64,000 bases of DNA from a virus. Taxonomy: Duplodnaviria; Caudoviricetes. Made by a program: the position numbers and the translations under genes. Positions 47,791-57,339 of the stretch are shown here, piece after piece. The notes beneath the pieces are model-generated. The model made no database searches, was not told the DNA's origin, and saw only the letters and a program-made list of their open reading frames with translations. The stretch spans positions 2,467 through 66,466 of the IMG/VR virus record IMGVR_UViG_2513237120_000001, one strand, 5' to 3'. Every line of letters begins with the position of its first letter. Positions within the stretch are counted from its first letter, which is position 1.

Positions 47791-48240
47791 ATGCCGCACC
47801 TCGCCGGGCAGAAACTCTACGCCGAAGACCTCAATCTGGTGCCGATGGAAGCGGTCCGGACCGTCGACATCGACACCGCCTCCACCACCTACCAGTTCGG
47901 GTCCACGACCTGCGGGCAGACGTTCACCGCCCCACCGTCCGGGCGGGTGAAAGTGCAGGTGTACGCGCACCAGCAGAACACCTCCGGCGCCGGGATCACG
48001 TTGTGCTCGTTCCAGGTCCGGCAGGGCACCACCACGGGCGGGACGCTCGTGTACGACGATCTCGACCTCACCGCCTACCGGACGGTCGGCACCACCGGCA
48101 TCCAGGGCGGCGCGGGGCGGATGACGCTCGTCTCGGGTCTGACCTCGGGGAGCACGTACACGGCGTGGGCCGTCGTCCGGGTCACCTCCGGCACCGGCAC
48201 CTGGCACACCACCACCATTTTCGTTGAACCCACGCTCTGA
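47791..48240 (+). CDS. Minor tail protein
   Basis: Thr/Gly-rich beta protein; TFTAPPSGRVKV. Confidence 0.65.
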   Translation: MPHLAGQKLYAEDLNLVPMEAVRTVDIDTASTTYQFGSTTCGQTFTAPPSGRVKVQVYAHQQNTSGAGITLCSFQVRQGTTTGGTLVYDDLDLTAYRTVGTTGIQGGAGRMTLVSGLTSGSTYTAWAVVRVTSGTGTWHTTTIFVEPTL

Positions 48241-48251
48241 GGGGATTCACC

Positions 48252-48749
48252 ATGTCCACCAACACCACTGGGGTGCGCCGCGCCCAAGTAATCGGCGCGA
48301 CCCTTCTCGTCGTCGCGCTCGCCGCGCTCCTGCTCGTCTTCCGCGCCGGCCCCACACCGGTCGCGGGATCGACGTACACCACCAACGATTCGACGGTCTA
48401 CCAGGACTTCGGTGGGACCGTCCGGAACACGGGGAGCGGCTGGTACGTCCTCGACGACGCCGGGCACACCCCGGACGACATCACCATCGGGACCGTCACC
48501 TCCACCTACGTCCAGGTCCACTACCCCGAATGCGCCGAGATCACCAGCGCCATCGTCGCCCCCGACGACACCTACGCGCGGGTCTACGGGGCTTCTTTCG
48601 GTGCGTCCGTTGGGCTCTCCTACCTGCTCATTTACGGGTCGATCAACGACAGCTCGGACTCCGGGACGGCGGCCGACACGTGGGACCCGACCACCGACTA
48701 CAGCGCATCCTCGAACATCTGGATCACGGGCCGCTGCATCCCGGAATAG
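48252..48749 (+). CDS. Exported or membrane-anchored protein
   Basis: N-terminal hydrophobic segment then a beta-rich domain. Confidence 0.6.
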   Translation: MSTNTTGVRRAQVIGATLLVVALAALLLVFRAGPTPVAGSTYTTNDSTVYQDFGGTVRNTGSGWYVLDDAGHTPDDITIGTVTSTYVQVHYPECAEITSAIVAPDDTYARVYGASFGASVGLSYLLIYGSINDSSDSGTAADTWDPTTDYSASSNIWITGRCIPE

Positions 48750-48774
48750 CCGTGCTCTGACGAGAGGAGACATC

Positions 48775-48960
48775 GTGGCCGAAGTACACGACTGGCACCT
48801 GCTCGACGCCGAGCGAGGCCTCGAGGTCCGCCAGACCACGCCTGATGGCGAGGGGAACTGCTGGGAGGTCCGATGCCCGGACGGGCGCGTCGAAGTCCTC
48901 GATGACGACGAGTTCGAGCAGTTGCGCTGCGAAGGACCCAACCCGAAGGGGCTGGACTGA
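48775..48960 (+). CDS. Small hypothetical protein
   Basis: RBS GAGGAGA before GTG; TGATG coupling to the lysin. Confidence 0.6.
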   Translation: MAEVHDWHLLDAERGLEVRQTTPDGEGNCWEVRCPDGRVEVLDDDEFEQLRCEGPNPKGLD

Positions 48961-50093
48961 TGGCGATGGGCTCGTCCTACATCTCCCCCGCGATCGAGCG
49001 GGTCTGGCTCGGCGCCAAGCAGACGATCCCTGGTGTCCGGCTCGGCGGGATCTTCGCCCGGAAACGCGGCTACCACAACACCCGCCGAAACAACCAGGCC
49101 TCCTGGCCTGGCGACTACTCGATTCGCCTGTCGATGGACAAGCAGGGGTCGGCGACGCTCGCCGCGGCGATCGACCTGACCATGTCCACCACGGAGATGA
49201 AGAAACGCACCGCCTACCTGCGCCGGTCCGCGCTCGATGCGCGGGATGACCGACTCCGGTGTCTGCGGGAGTTCATCGGCACGCTCAACGGCAGGCGGGT
49301 GTTCTGCCTCATCGGGGGGAACGCCGGGCTCGGTGAGGGCCGCGGCGAGGAGGACTGGGGCCGGGATTCGTCCCACCTATGGCACGTCCACCTGAGCATT
49401 CTGCGTGCATTCGCTGCGGACTGGGCTGCGCTCGAGGGCATCGTGTCGGTCCTGTCTGGCGAATCGTGGGAAGCGTGGATCGCGCGCAAGGGCGGCTCAT
49501 CGGTTTCCAACGTCCCGACTCCGACGCTCCGCGAGGGCGACTCCGGGCCGGACGTGGCGGCGCTGCAACGCGCGCTGAATGAGGCGATCGGCGCTGGCCT
49601 CACCACTGACGGCGACTTCGGCCCCGCAACGGCTGCGGCGGTCCGGGTACTGCAAGAGCGCGCGGGCATCACCCGAGACTCGATTTACGGCCCGGCTTCG
49701 GCGCGGGCCCTGGCTGACCTACTGGAGGACGATATGAGCTGGGATGAAAAGATTCCCCTGGTCACGGGCCAGGGCGTCAGCTATTCAGGTAAGGAGTGGC
49801 CGGCGAGTTTCGTGCTCGCGTCGGGCCATTACTACACGCTGAAGTACGGGCAGACCGTTGTCGCCGAGCAGGCGAAGCAGACCGCGCTGCTCCAGGCGAT
49901 CGCCGCGGGCCAATCGGGGCTGACCGAGGAGGCTATCGCCGCCGCGGTCGCCGACGGTGTCCGTGCCGCAATCCCGCCGGTCTCCCAGATCGCCGAGGCG
50001 GTCGCTGCCGCGATCGACCACGACCTGGACACCGCCGCGGTCGCCGAAGCGCTGCGGGAGGTCCTCGGCGGGCTCGACGGGTCCGGCGAGTAG
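48960..50093 (+). CDS. Endolysin: Zn-peptidase-like catalytic domain plus PG_binding_1
   Basis: GYH...AIDL...HLWHVHLS; LREGDSGPDVAALQRAL...DGDFGPATAAAVRVLQ. Confidence 0.8.
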   Translation: MAMGSSYISPAIERVWLGAKQTIPGVRLGGIFARKRGYHNTRRNNQASWPGDYSIRLSMDKQGSATLAAAIDLTMSTTEMKKRTAYLRRSALDARDDRLRCLREFIGTLNGRRVFCLIGGNAGLGEGRGEEDWGRDSSHLWHVHLSILRAFAADWAALEGIVSVLSGESWEAWIARKGGSSVSNVPTPTLREGDSGPDVAALQRALNEAIGAGLTTDGDFGPATAAAVRVLQERAGITRDSIYGPASARALADLLEDDMSWDEKIPLVTGQGVSYSGKEWPASFVLASGHYYTLKYGQTVVAEQAKQTALLQAIAAGQSGLTEEAIAAAVADGVRAAIPPVSQIAEAVAAAIDHDLDTAAVAEALREVLGGLDGSGE

Positions 50094-50107
50094 TCGAGGG
50101 ATGTGGC

Positions 50108-50377
50108 GTGACGGATGAGGCGATCGGCCGCGAGATCCGGCAGCTCCGTGACGACATCAAGGACGACCTCGGGGAGATCAAGGGCGAGCTGGGGAAGCTC
50201 TTGCCGCGTGAGGTGTACACCGCGCGGCATGAGGCGCTCACCCGCCGGGTCGAGTCGCTGGAGCGCGAAGCGGAACTCGCTGAGACACGCCAGACCGCGA
50301 CCCGCCGGTGGATGGTGTCCGCTGTGGTGATCCCTCTGGTGTCGATGACGGTGATGATCATCCTGGCGGTGACATGA
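50108..50377 (+). CDS. C-terminally anchored coiled-coil lysis-cassette protein
   Basis: Coiled coil plus TM WMVSAVVIPLVSMTVMIILAV. Confidence 0.65.
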   Translation: MTDEAIGREIRQLRDDIKDDLGEIKGELGKLLPREVYTARHEALTRRVESLEREAELAETRQTATRRWMVSAVVIPLVSMTVMIILAVT

Positions 50378-51069
50378 GCAAGCTCGCGAAACGCCGCCTC
50401 GGGGACTGGGCGTGGGTCGGTATCGCGGTCGTGATCGCGATCTTGCTGGCGTGGACGCTGACGCAGGTGCAGCAGCAGGCCGACCGGATCGAGGCCCTCG
50501 CTGCCGCCCTGGAGGCGGAGCAGCAGGCGACCGAGGACCGGGGTGAGACGCCGGTCGCGCCGGACCCTGACGAGTTGATCGAGGACCCGGACGCGGAGGG
50601 CCCGCCCGGTCCTCCTGGCCCGCCGCCGACCGACGAAGCGGTGGCTGCCGCGGTCGCGGAGTATTTCGAGCAGCACCCGGTCGAGGACGGCGAGACACCC
50701 TCGCCCGCTGCAATCGCCGCCGCCGTCACCAACTATCTCGCCGAGCACCCACCGGAGCAGGGCGAGCCCGGCCCGCCCCCTACGGCGGGGCAGATCGCTG
50801 CCGCTGTCGAGGACTACCTGACCGTCCACGCCCCCTCCGATGGTGTGGACGGCGCGCAGGGTCCGCCCGGTCCACCGGGTGAGGACGGCGCCGATGGGGA
50901 GGACGGCCGGCCACCAACTCCCGAAGAAGTAGCCGCGGCGGTCGAGACCTACATCGAGGAGCACCCGCTCCCGCAATGCCCGGCCGGGACATCCGCTGAG
51001 GCCCTGACCGTATTGACCGTAGGCGCGCCGACCGAAATCGTCGGATGCGTCGTCCAAGAAGGAGAATGA
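50374..51069 (+). CDS. Membrane-anchored collagen-like repeat protein
   Basis: TM then GPPGPPGPP repeats and three AVAAAV(E/T)xY repeats. Confidence 0.7.
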   Translation: MSKLAKRRLGDWAWVGIAVVIAILLAWTLTQVQQQADRIEALAAALEAEQQATEDRGETPVAPDPDELIEDPDAEGPPGPPGPPPTDEAVAAAVAEYFEQHPVEDGETPSPAAIAAAVTNYLAEHPPEQGEPGPPPTAGQIAAAVEDYLTVHAPSDGVDGAQGPPGPPGEDGADGEDGRPPTPEEVAAAVETYIEEHPLPQCPAGTSAEALTVLTVGAPTEIVGCVVQEGE

Positions 51070-51070
51070 G

Positions 51071-51265
51071 ATGTCCGATACCACCCGAGCTGCGCTGTAC
51101 GGCGTCGCTACCGCGGTCCTGGCGCTGCTGTCGGTGCTGGGCTACGTGTCCGCTGACGAGCAGTCTGCTTACGCTGAGGCGGTCGCCCAGTCGCTGGTCG
51201 CGCTGGCGACGCTGATGGCTGCGGTGAAGACGTTCAAGCAGCGCGGCGACACCAAGGCCGAGTAG
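51071..51265 (+). CDS. Holin-like two-TM protein
   Basis: RAALYGVATAVLALLSVLGYV...LVALATLMAAV. Confidence 0.75.
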   Translation: MSDTTRAALYGVATAVLALLSVLGYVSADEQSAYAEAVAQSLVALATLMAAVKTFKQRGDTKAE

Positions 51266-51297
51266 CACTCGCCGCCGCGGGCGACCATCGCGGACGA

Positions 51298-51344
51298 GCC
51301 CGGTCGCTGCTCCCTCACAGGGGGTGGCGGCCGGGCGCTTTTCT
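51298..51344 (+). terminator. Intrinsic terminator after the lysis cassette
   Basis: GCCCGGTCGC/GCGGCCGGGC stem then GCTTTTCT. Confidence 0.55.
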
Positions 51345-51385
51345 GCGCTCTTGCGCGCCGTTGCACGCACTTATATGCCCACTAG

Positions 51386-51477
51386 TATCCCGGAGATTCC
51401 CGAGGTTTCCCGCCAATTCCCTACGTGCATGCAACACCATTACTTGCGTGTATGCATATTCCCTGGAAGAAATTCCC
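51386..51477. repeat. Helically phased WWTCCC repeats
   Basis: TATCCC 51386, ATTCCC 51396, TTTCCC 51406, ATTCCC 51416 (10-bp period), plus ATTCCC at 51458 and 51472. Confidence 0.55.
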
Positions 51478-51948
51478 AGCTCAATCAGGGTTTGTGTAGG
51501 TAATACATTTGCTTGTGTGCAACACCGGCGTTGCGCTGGGGTGTCACACCGGTGTGACATTCCGACGGGAGTCCATCCTTAATGCACGAGCATCGTCCGA
51601 TGTCCCACTCGAGAGACATTTATCCTCCGTTCGTACGAGGCCGTGACAGCTCAACATGACGCGTCACTATATACGCCGCTCGGTGGTACTCTTATCCGCG
51701 CGGGCCGCGTTGCGCAACTGCCGCCCGCAACCGTCCGGGGTAGCTTCCGGGCGATGAGTCTCCGGCCCGTCCGTTTCCCCGGCGGGCCGGAGAAATCCAT
51801 CCGAGGGGAAGCGAAGGGGAAACACCACGACCCACACCCCACCTGGCGAGGCCAGGCCCCCAGAGACGGAGAAGCCCGCCGCGAGCGGTCACTCGACGAC
51901 GGGCAGAGATCTCCGATTGCTTAGGAAATTACTAGTTCAGGAGATGTC

Positions 51949-52764
51949 TTGAACCATACCATCGTTTCGCGCGAGGAGCCGTATCACGGTGATAACAGCT
52001 CGCCGTTCGACCAGGTCAAACACACCGACGAGCATGGCAACGAGAACTGGACCGGCCGGTCCCTCCAGCCGCTCATGGAGTACTCCCGCTGGGAGGACTT
52101 CGCGACCGTCATCGAGAAAGCCAAGGATTCCCTGCGCCTCGTCGAAGGCCCCGAGCAGGCCGATCGTCACTTCGGCAAGTGCCGAAGTGACGGAGGGCGC
52201 TGGGGTAACCAGCAGATCGATGACTATCGCCTCACCCGGTTCGCCGCCTACCTCACTGCGATGGCCGGCGACGACACCAAGCGCGCCGTCGCCGAGGCCC
52301 GCATCTACTTCGCGGTCAAGACCCGCGAAGCCGAGGTACGAACCAATCTGACGGAGATCGAGGTGGCCCGCCGCTACCTCGCAGCACTGGAGTCCAAGCA
52401 GCAGCTTGAGGCTCAGGTGGCTGTCCTGGAGCCGAAGGCCGCAGTCGCTGACCAGTTCCTCGGCTCGGAGGACACGATCTACCTCAACGACCTCGCGAAG
52501 AATCTGAAGCTGACCAGGCACCGCCTGATCACGATCCTCCGCGACGAGGCGGTGCTGTACGCCGATGAACTCCAGTACCGTGCCGGCTTCGAGGACTGGT
52601 TCTGCGTCGAATGGGACTGGGTGTCCACGATCGGACAGCACAAGAAGGCGCTGAAGGTCACCCGGAAGGGGGTGCGGGCGATCTATGAGCTGTTGGTCGA
52701 GGGCGAGTGGATCAGCCCGGATCGGCGGCGCCCGACGCACGGGCCGCCCGATAACCGTCCCTGA
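51949..52764 (+). CDS. Phage antirepressor (DinD/Bro-N-like N-terminus + KilAC/ANT C-terminus)
   Basis: WTGRSLQPLMEYSRWEDF...YRLTRFAAYL; LEPKAAVADQFL...LNDLAKNL. Confidence 0.8.
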   Translation: MNHTIVSREEPYHGDNSSPFDQVKHTDEHGNENWTGRSLQPLMEYSRWEDFATVIEKAKDSLRLVEGPEQADRHFGKCRSDGGRWGNQQIDDYRLTRFAAYLTAMAGDDTKRAVAEARIYFAVKTREAEVRTNLTEIEVARRYLAALESKQQLEAQVAVLEPKAAVADQFLGSEDTIYLNDLAKNLKLTRHRLITILRDEAVLYADELQYRAGFEDWFCVEWDWVSTIGQHKKALKVTRKGVRAIYELLVEGEWISPDRRRPTHGPPDNRP

Positions 52765-52792
52765 CCTGGCTTTGTACTGACGCCAGTAAGAA

Positions 52793-52818
52793 GGCCCTGT
52801 CTCTTCGGAGGCGGGGCC
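52793..52818. terminator. Bidirectional terminator between convergent operons
   Basis: 11-bp stem with a C-TTCG-G tetraloop, A-rich 5' flank and T-rich 3' flank. Confidence 0.7.
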
Positions 52819-52828
52819 GTTTCGTCGT

Positions 52829-53119
52829 CTACGGCAGCGGGTCAGGCAGCGCCGACTCCATACCCGGAACGTCCTGGCATGCCCCGCACGGCACCAGCTC
52901 ATCTTCCTCGGTGTCAGGACCGATCCGCTCGGCGAGGCCGATCGGGTCGGTCCAGGAGAGGTACCCGGTGCTACCGCAGATGCGGCAGTTCTCGGACCCG
53001 GGGTAGGGGATCGGGATCTCGAAGCGGGCCTGAAGCTCGGCGGGGGGCGGCATGGGGGCGTTGTCGGTCATGCTGGTGTAACGATCGCAGCGCCCGCGCG
53101 GCACGGCCTCGTTCGTCAT
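52829..53119 (-). CDS. Small Zn-ribbon protein
   Basis: CRICGSTG...VPCGAC; ATGA coupling. Confidence 0.55.
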   Translation of the reverse strand: MTNEAVPRGRCDRYTSMTDNAPMPPPAELQARFEIPIPYPGSENCRICGSTGYLSWTDPIGLAERIGPDTEEDELVPCGACQDVPGMESALPDPLP

Positions 53120-53481
53120 GTCTCGGGGTAGATGATCCTGGCCCCGCACTCCTCGGCGGCCCGCCACGCGACCAGTTGATGCCACTCCGCCGACACCACC
53201 CGCTCCGGCCGGGACGCCCGATACGACTCGTCGGTCAGGTAGGTGACGATCGGGTTCTCCGGGCCGTGGACGGCGGCGAGGTCCGCTACCGTCTGGTCGG
53301 TGTAGGCGACGAGGTCGGCGAGCGCCTCAGCGTTCAGGCGGTAGATCGGCTCCCCCGCTTCCCATCTGGTGACCGTCCGCCGGGTGACCCCGATCGCCGC
53401 GGCGAGGCTGGTCACGGTGAGACCGAGGGATCGACGCAGGCAGAGCAGCCCAGCCCGGTTCATCTCCGACGGGTGCTGCAC
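53116..53481 (-). CDS. XRE-HTH protein, DUF1870/Aca2-YdiL-like (paralog 1)
   Basis: LRRSLGLTVTSLAAAIGVTRRTVTRWEAG...VTYLTDESY...SAEWHQLVAWR. Confidence 0.7.
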   Translation of the reverse strand: MQHPSEMNRAGLLCLRRSLGLTVTSLAAAIGVTRRTVTRWEAGEPIYRLNAEALADLVAYTDQTVADLAAVHGPENPIVTYLTDESYRASRPERVVSAEWHQLVAWRAAEECGARIIYPET

Positions 53482-53511
53482 TGCGGGCCCTTCCCATGTA
53501 GGTGTGTGGGG

Positions 53512-53796
53512 TCACGATAGCGCTGAGGCGTGTGAGGGGAAACCGCAGTCGTCGACCTCCAGGTCATCCACCGGCTCGGCGGCGGCCTCGAACGCGGAGG
53601 CGACCGCCCGAGCAGCGATGCCAGCGGGGCTCGTGTCGGTGTCGTCGAGGTCCAGCTCCACCCGGATCGTGGGCCTCCCGGCGAGGACGGCGGTGGCGAG
53701 CGCGCACAGCGCCGCCACGCGCGGGTCATCCGCGCCAGCCTCAGCAGTTTTCAGGTGGGTTTCGGCGCGGGCGGTGAGCTCGGTGTAGCGGGACAT
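53512..53796 (-). CDS. Hypothetical protein downstream of the traB-like gene
   Basis: TAATG coupling. Confidence 0.55.
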   Translation of the reverse strand: MSRYTELTARAETHLKTAEAGADDPRVAALCALATAVLAGRPTIRVELDLDDTDTSPAGIAARAVASAFEAAAEPVDDLEVDDCGFPSHASALS

Positions 53797-55787
53797 TACG
53801 AGTCCTCTCGGGTGGTGTACCGGCCCGGCGATACCCGCCGGATGCGGCCTTGGCTGTGCATGCGGGAGAGGGTCGGGGCGATCACGCCCGGGTCGGCCTG
53901 GTCCCCGGTGCCTGCGAGGGCTTCGGCGATGTCGGCGGCGGTCATCCCCTCCGGGCTGCTGGACTGCTCCAGTATGGCGGTGATCGCCTCGGGGCGGCGT
54001 CCCTCAGACGGGCCATTGCTCAGGTCGAGGCCGTTCGCCTTGGCGATCGCTTCGAGCTGGGACCGGACCGCGTCATACACCTCCCCGCCCTCATCAGGGA
54101 CTTCGCTGGTGTCGTCGCCATGGGTCAGGTAGGTCATCATCCGGTCGTCGACGAGCTGATGCCGGTTCGCGTAGGCAGCGCCCGCCGCGGCCAGACCCTC
54201 GGCCTCGGTGAGGCCACCCTGGACGAGATGCCGCCTGGCCCACGAGACATCGGCGATCGTCGCCCCATCATGCAGCCTGGGCTTCGACGGGTCGGTGGTC
54301 TGGATGTACGGCGCTTTCAGGTGGATCGGGTCGGCCTCGGACAGCAGGTAGAACTCGCCCCGGTGGTTGGGGACGGGGAGCTTGTAGTCGTTCGTGAGCC
54401 TCCCGGTCTCAGCCCAGTCCTTCGACCGGAACGCGTTGTTCACCGCGATGTTCGCAACGACATCGCCGCCGCGGTCGCCGAAATGGTCGACGGTCGAACG
54501 CTGGGTGGCGAGGTGGACGTTGACATCGCCGGAGGCGGCACCGCGCAGCTTCATCGACGCCAGCTGGGAGGCGGTCACCCACTCCCCCGCGAACCCGATC
54601 TGCTGCCGGGATTGGGCGACGAACGAGAACTCGTCGAGGAACACGATGATCTTGCGCCACTGCCTGCGGGACATAGGCTGGCGCTGGCGCCACCGTGCTA
54701 CTCCCATGGCCGCGGCCATCATCGCGAGCGTGTCGGTCTGGCCGTGCGCGACCCAGTCGATCGGCGGCCGGAGACCGGTGTTGTAGTACGGCTCCAGCCA
54801 CGGACCCACGAGGTCGTAGAGCTTCTGGACGCCACCGATCCACACGATCGCGTCGGTGCAGCGGGTGGCGTGCGCGAGCTTGAGGTTGATCAGGGAGGAT
54901 TTCCCGGACGTGGAGGATCCGATGTCCCTGGTGTGCTGGTCGAGCCGTTCGCGGTGCTCGCGGCCGTCGATCTCGACACCGACCAACGCGGGGACGGTGA
55001 TGCTCGTGGGCGTGGGGTCGTCGACGTAGAGGATGACTTCGGCCATGAGGTCCCGGTTGGTGACGGTGATCGAGTAGGCCCCAGCGGCGCGCTCTTTCCG
55101 GAGGCGGACCCAGTCGGACTCGACGCTGCGGCCGGTGATCTCCGCCAGGGCGATCGCGAGCGGCTCCATATGCTTCTGCGTCAGCTCAGCCTGGGCGCCG
55201 GCCCGCTCGCCCTTCGCAAGGACGGTCTTGGACTGGGTGCGGACGCGGAACTGCCAGCCCGCATCGGACCGGAGCGGTTCGGCTCCGGGCAGGACCCGCA
55301 CGAACCCGAGCCCGGCGCGCTTCAACGCGGCCTTGAGGACCTTCTCCTTGGTGCCGAGCAGCGCGTCGTCGTCCTCGGTCTCGGCGTGGGGCTTGGGCGG
55401 GGCGGTGGTGAGCCGCCACTCCAGGCCACGAGCGGACCAGTACACGCCGACGGACAGCAGCCCGAGCGCTATCACCATGATGATGCCGGACGTCCACGAC
55501 AGCGGCAGGAGCACGGCGGTGATCGTCCACGCCGCATACGCGATCGCCGAGGCGCTCGTCCCGATCCACACCTGCCTGCGCTGCCATTCAGCGGTACCCC
55601 GCCACATCGCGCACGCGTCGATGATGGCGTGACTGATCAGTACCGTCACCACCGCGAGCGCGGACGCGAGCGCGACCGCGAGCGGCATCCAGAGCAGCCC
55701 GGTCGCCCCTATGACGGCCAGTGCCAGCGACACGGCCGTGGCCGCGCCGACCCAGAACGTCTTCCACTCGATCACTGCCATCTCCAA
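53796..55787 (-). CDS. TraB/FtsK-SpoIIIE-like DNA translocase
   Basis: Four N-terminal TMs; Walker A GSSTSGKS; Walker B IIVFLDEFS; LATQR; C-terminal winged helix (MTAADIAEAL...TLSRMHSQGRIRRVSPGRY). Confidence 0.8.
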   Translation of the reverse strand: MEMAVIEWKTFWVGAATAVSLALAVIGATGLLWMPLAVALASALAVVTVLISHAIIDACAMWRGTAEWQRRQVWIGTSASAIAYAAWTITAVLLPLSWTSGIIMVIALGLLSVGVYWSARGLEWRLTTAPPKPHAETEDDDALLGTKEKVLKAALKRAGLGFVRVLPGAEPLRSDAGWQFRVRTQSKTVLAKGERAGAQAELTQKHMEPLAIALAEITGRSVESDWVRLRKERAAGAYSITVTNRDLMAEVILYVDDPTPTSITVPALVGVEIDGREHRERLDQHTRDIGSSTSGKSSLINLKLAHATRCTDAIVWIGGVQKLYDLVGPWLEPYYNTGLRPPIDWVAHGQTDTLAMMAAAMGVARWRQRQPMSRRQWRKIIVFLDEFSFVAQSRQQIGFAGEWVTASQLASMKLRGAASGDVNVHLATQRSTVDHFGDRGGDVVANIAVNNAFRSKDWAETGRLTNDYKLPVPNHRGEFYLLSEADPIHLKAPYIQTTDPSKPRLHDGATIADVSWARRHLVQGGLTEAEGLAAAGAAYANRHQLVDDRMMTYLTHGDDTSEVPDEGGEVYDAVRSQLEAIAKANGLDLSNGPSEGRRPEAITAILEQSSSPEGMTAADIAEALAGTGDQADPGVIAPTLSRMHSQGRIRRVSPGRYTTREDS

Positions 55788-55826
55788 TCTCGTAGCCCGG
55801 CGGCCAGTCGGCCGCCGGGCAGTGGG

Positions 55827-57314
55827 TTAGACCGACTCGTAGGCAGCGGCGGCCTGGCGGCGCTGCTCGGCGGTCTCCTCCAGGCGGGCGGCCTCGGCCA
55901 GGAGCGGCTCGGCGGCGGCGTCGTTGCCCTTCTGCTGCCATTCGTTGGCATGGGCGCGCAGGGCAGAGGCTTCCTCTTCTTTCGTGGTGGCTTCGGCGCG
56001 CAGCTTCTGTGCGGCGTCGCGGGTTGAGGCGCGGAACGTCTCGGTCGACGAGGCGTCGATCATGTGGGCGTACGGGTTATCGGTGCGGTCGGACATGGTT
56101 CTCCTTACGGTTGTTGGCTTGGGCGCCTTGGGTTTCGGTTGCTTCGGTGCGGGCGGCGAGATGAACCCGCCGTCGTCGACGTTCAAGAGCTTCGGCGCGG
56201 GCCGCGGCGCTGGCTTCCAGTTCGGGTCCGGCGCGATCGGGAATCCGGCGTCGTCGAACTCGAAGTCATCGGCGGGAGCGGGCTCCGGCTTCTTCTCGGT
56301 CTTGGCCTTCGGCTTGTCGGGCTTCTTCGCGCTGTTCTCCTTCTTCTTGTCCTGCTTGGACTTCTCGCCCTTGGTGTCGTCGCTCTTCTCGTCGGTCTTG
56401 GTGTCGTCGGACTTCTTGCGTCGCAACCACCGCCAGCGGCGCCTACCGCCCTCAGCCGTGGGCTTACCGTCGGCCTTCTCGTCGGCCTTCTTGTCGCTGG
56501 ACGGCTTCTTGCCCGAGTCCTTCTTCTCGCTCCTGCGCTTCCGCCACGCCTCCCGCTCGGCCTTCGCCGCGGCACGGCGCGGCCCGACCCATGTCGACGG
56601 GTTGGCGCGGCTGCGTGACCACCTGGCGCCGACGGCACCCGACGGCGCGGCCGACTTCGACCCGGCGCGGCTCCCGTGGGATCCGCCCGTGCCCGATGTG
56701 GCGCGTCGTCCGCGTGACCGTCCGGACGAGCCGCGCCCGCCGGAGCTGCCGCCCGCGTGGTTAGCGCTCCGGCGTCCGGTGCCGAGCCATGACCGGAGTC
56801 GCCCGGTGGGGCGTCCGGTGTGGCCGCCCGATCCGGCGGCCTGTCCGCTCGTCTGCGCCGATCCCTTGGCGGACCGTCCGGAGCCTCTGAGTCGTCCGAT
56901 CGGATTCCACCGCGATCCGCGTCCGCTCCCGGAGTCGTGCCCGCGTCCGCCGCGCTTGGACCGTCCGCCGAGACCGAGCCCGCGCGCGACTCCGGTGCGT
57001 CCGGTCGGGCCAGTCGTCCACGTGCGAGTGGTCCGGGTGGTGCGTCCGCTCCGCCGCTGCCACCATCTGGCGACCGCCATGATGACGAGCCCAGCGACAG
57101 CAGCGATCGCGGTGGCGATCAGCAGCCACACTGAGATCGACCACAGCACGATCACCAGCACGACGGCCAGCAGCGGCACCGCCCACCCCCACAGGCGCGA
57201 CGCAGGCACACCGCCCTGCTTCTTGTCGGTGGCGGCGGTCTCGCGCGCTGGCGGCTCCTCAGCGCGCTCCTTGGTCTCCTTGGGCGGCTTGACGCCGTCG
57301 AACAGGTCAGACAT
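55827..57314 (-). CDS. Spd-like membrane protein with long Gly/Arg/Lys/Pro-rich linker and a helical C-terminal module
   Basis: Two TMs; low-complexity middle; strong internal RBS AAGGAG before in-frame ATG 56096. Confidence 0.6.
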   Translation of the reverse strand: MSDLFDGVKPPKETKERAEEPPARETAATDKKQGGVPASRLWGWAVPLLAVVLVIVLWSISVWLLIATAIAAVAGLVIMAVARWWQRRSGRTTRTTRTWTTGPTGRTGVARGLGLGGRSKRGGRGHDSGSGRGSRWNPIGRLRGSGRSAKGSAQTSGQAAGSGGHTGRPTGRLRSWLGTGRRSANHAGGSSGGRGSSGRSRGRRATSGTGGSHGSRAGSKSAAPSGAVGARWSRSRANPSTWVGPRRAAAKAEREAWRKRRSEKKDSGKKPSSDKKADEKADGKPTAEGGRRRWRWLRRKKSDDTKTDEKSDDTKGEKSKQDKKKENSAKKPDKPKAKTEKKPEPAPADDFEFDDAGFPIAPDPNWKPAPRPAPKLLNVDDGGFISPPAPKQPKPKAPKPTTVRRTMSDRTDNPYAHMIDASSTETFRASTRDAAQKLRAEATTKEEEASALRAHANEWQQKGNDAAAEPLLAEAARLEETAEQRRQAAAAYESV

Positions 57315-57339
57315 GGGGTTCTTCTCCTTGGGTCTTGAG

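Noticed and set aside
51315-51582. Short ORFs on both strands in the non-coding region
   Set aside because: No RBS, atypical codon usage, no motifs
51750-51800. Hammerhead-like GATGAG...GAAA around a long stem
   Set aside because: Core reads GCGATGA rather than CTGATGA and stem II geometry does not fit
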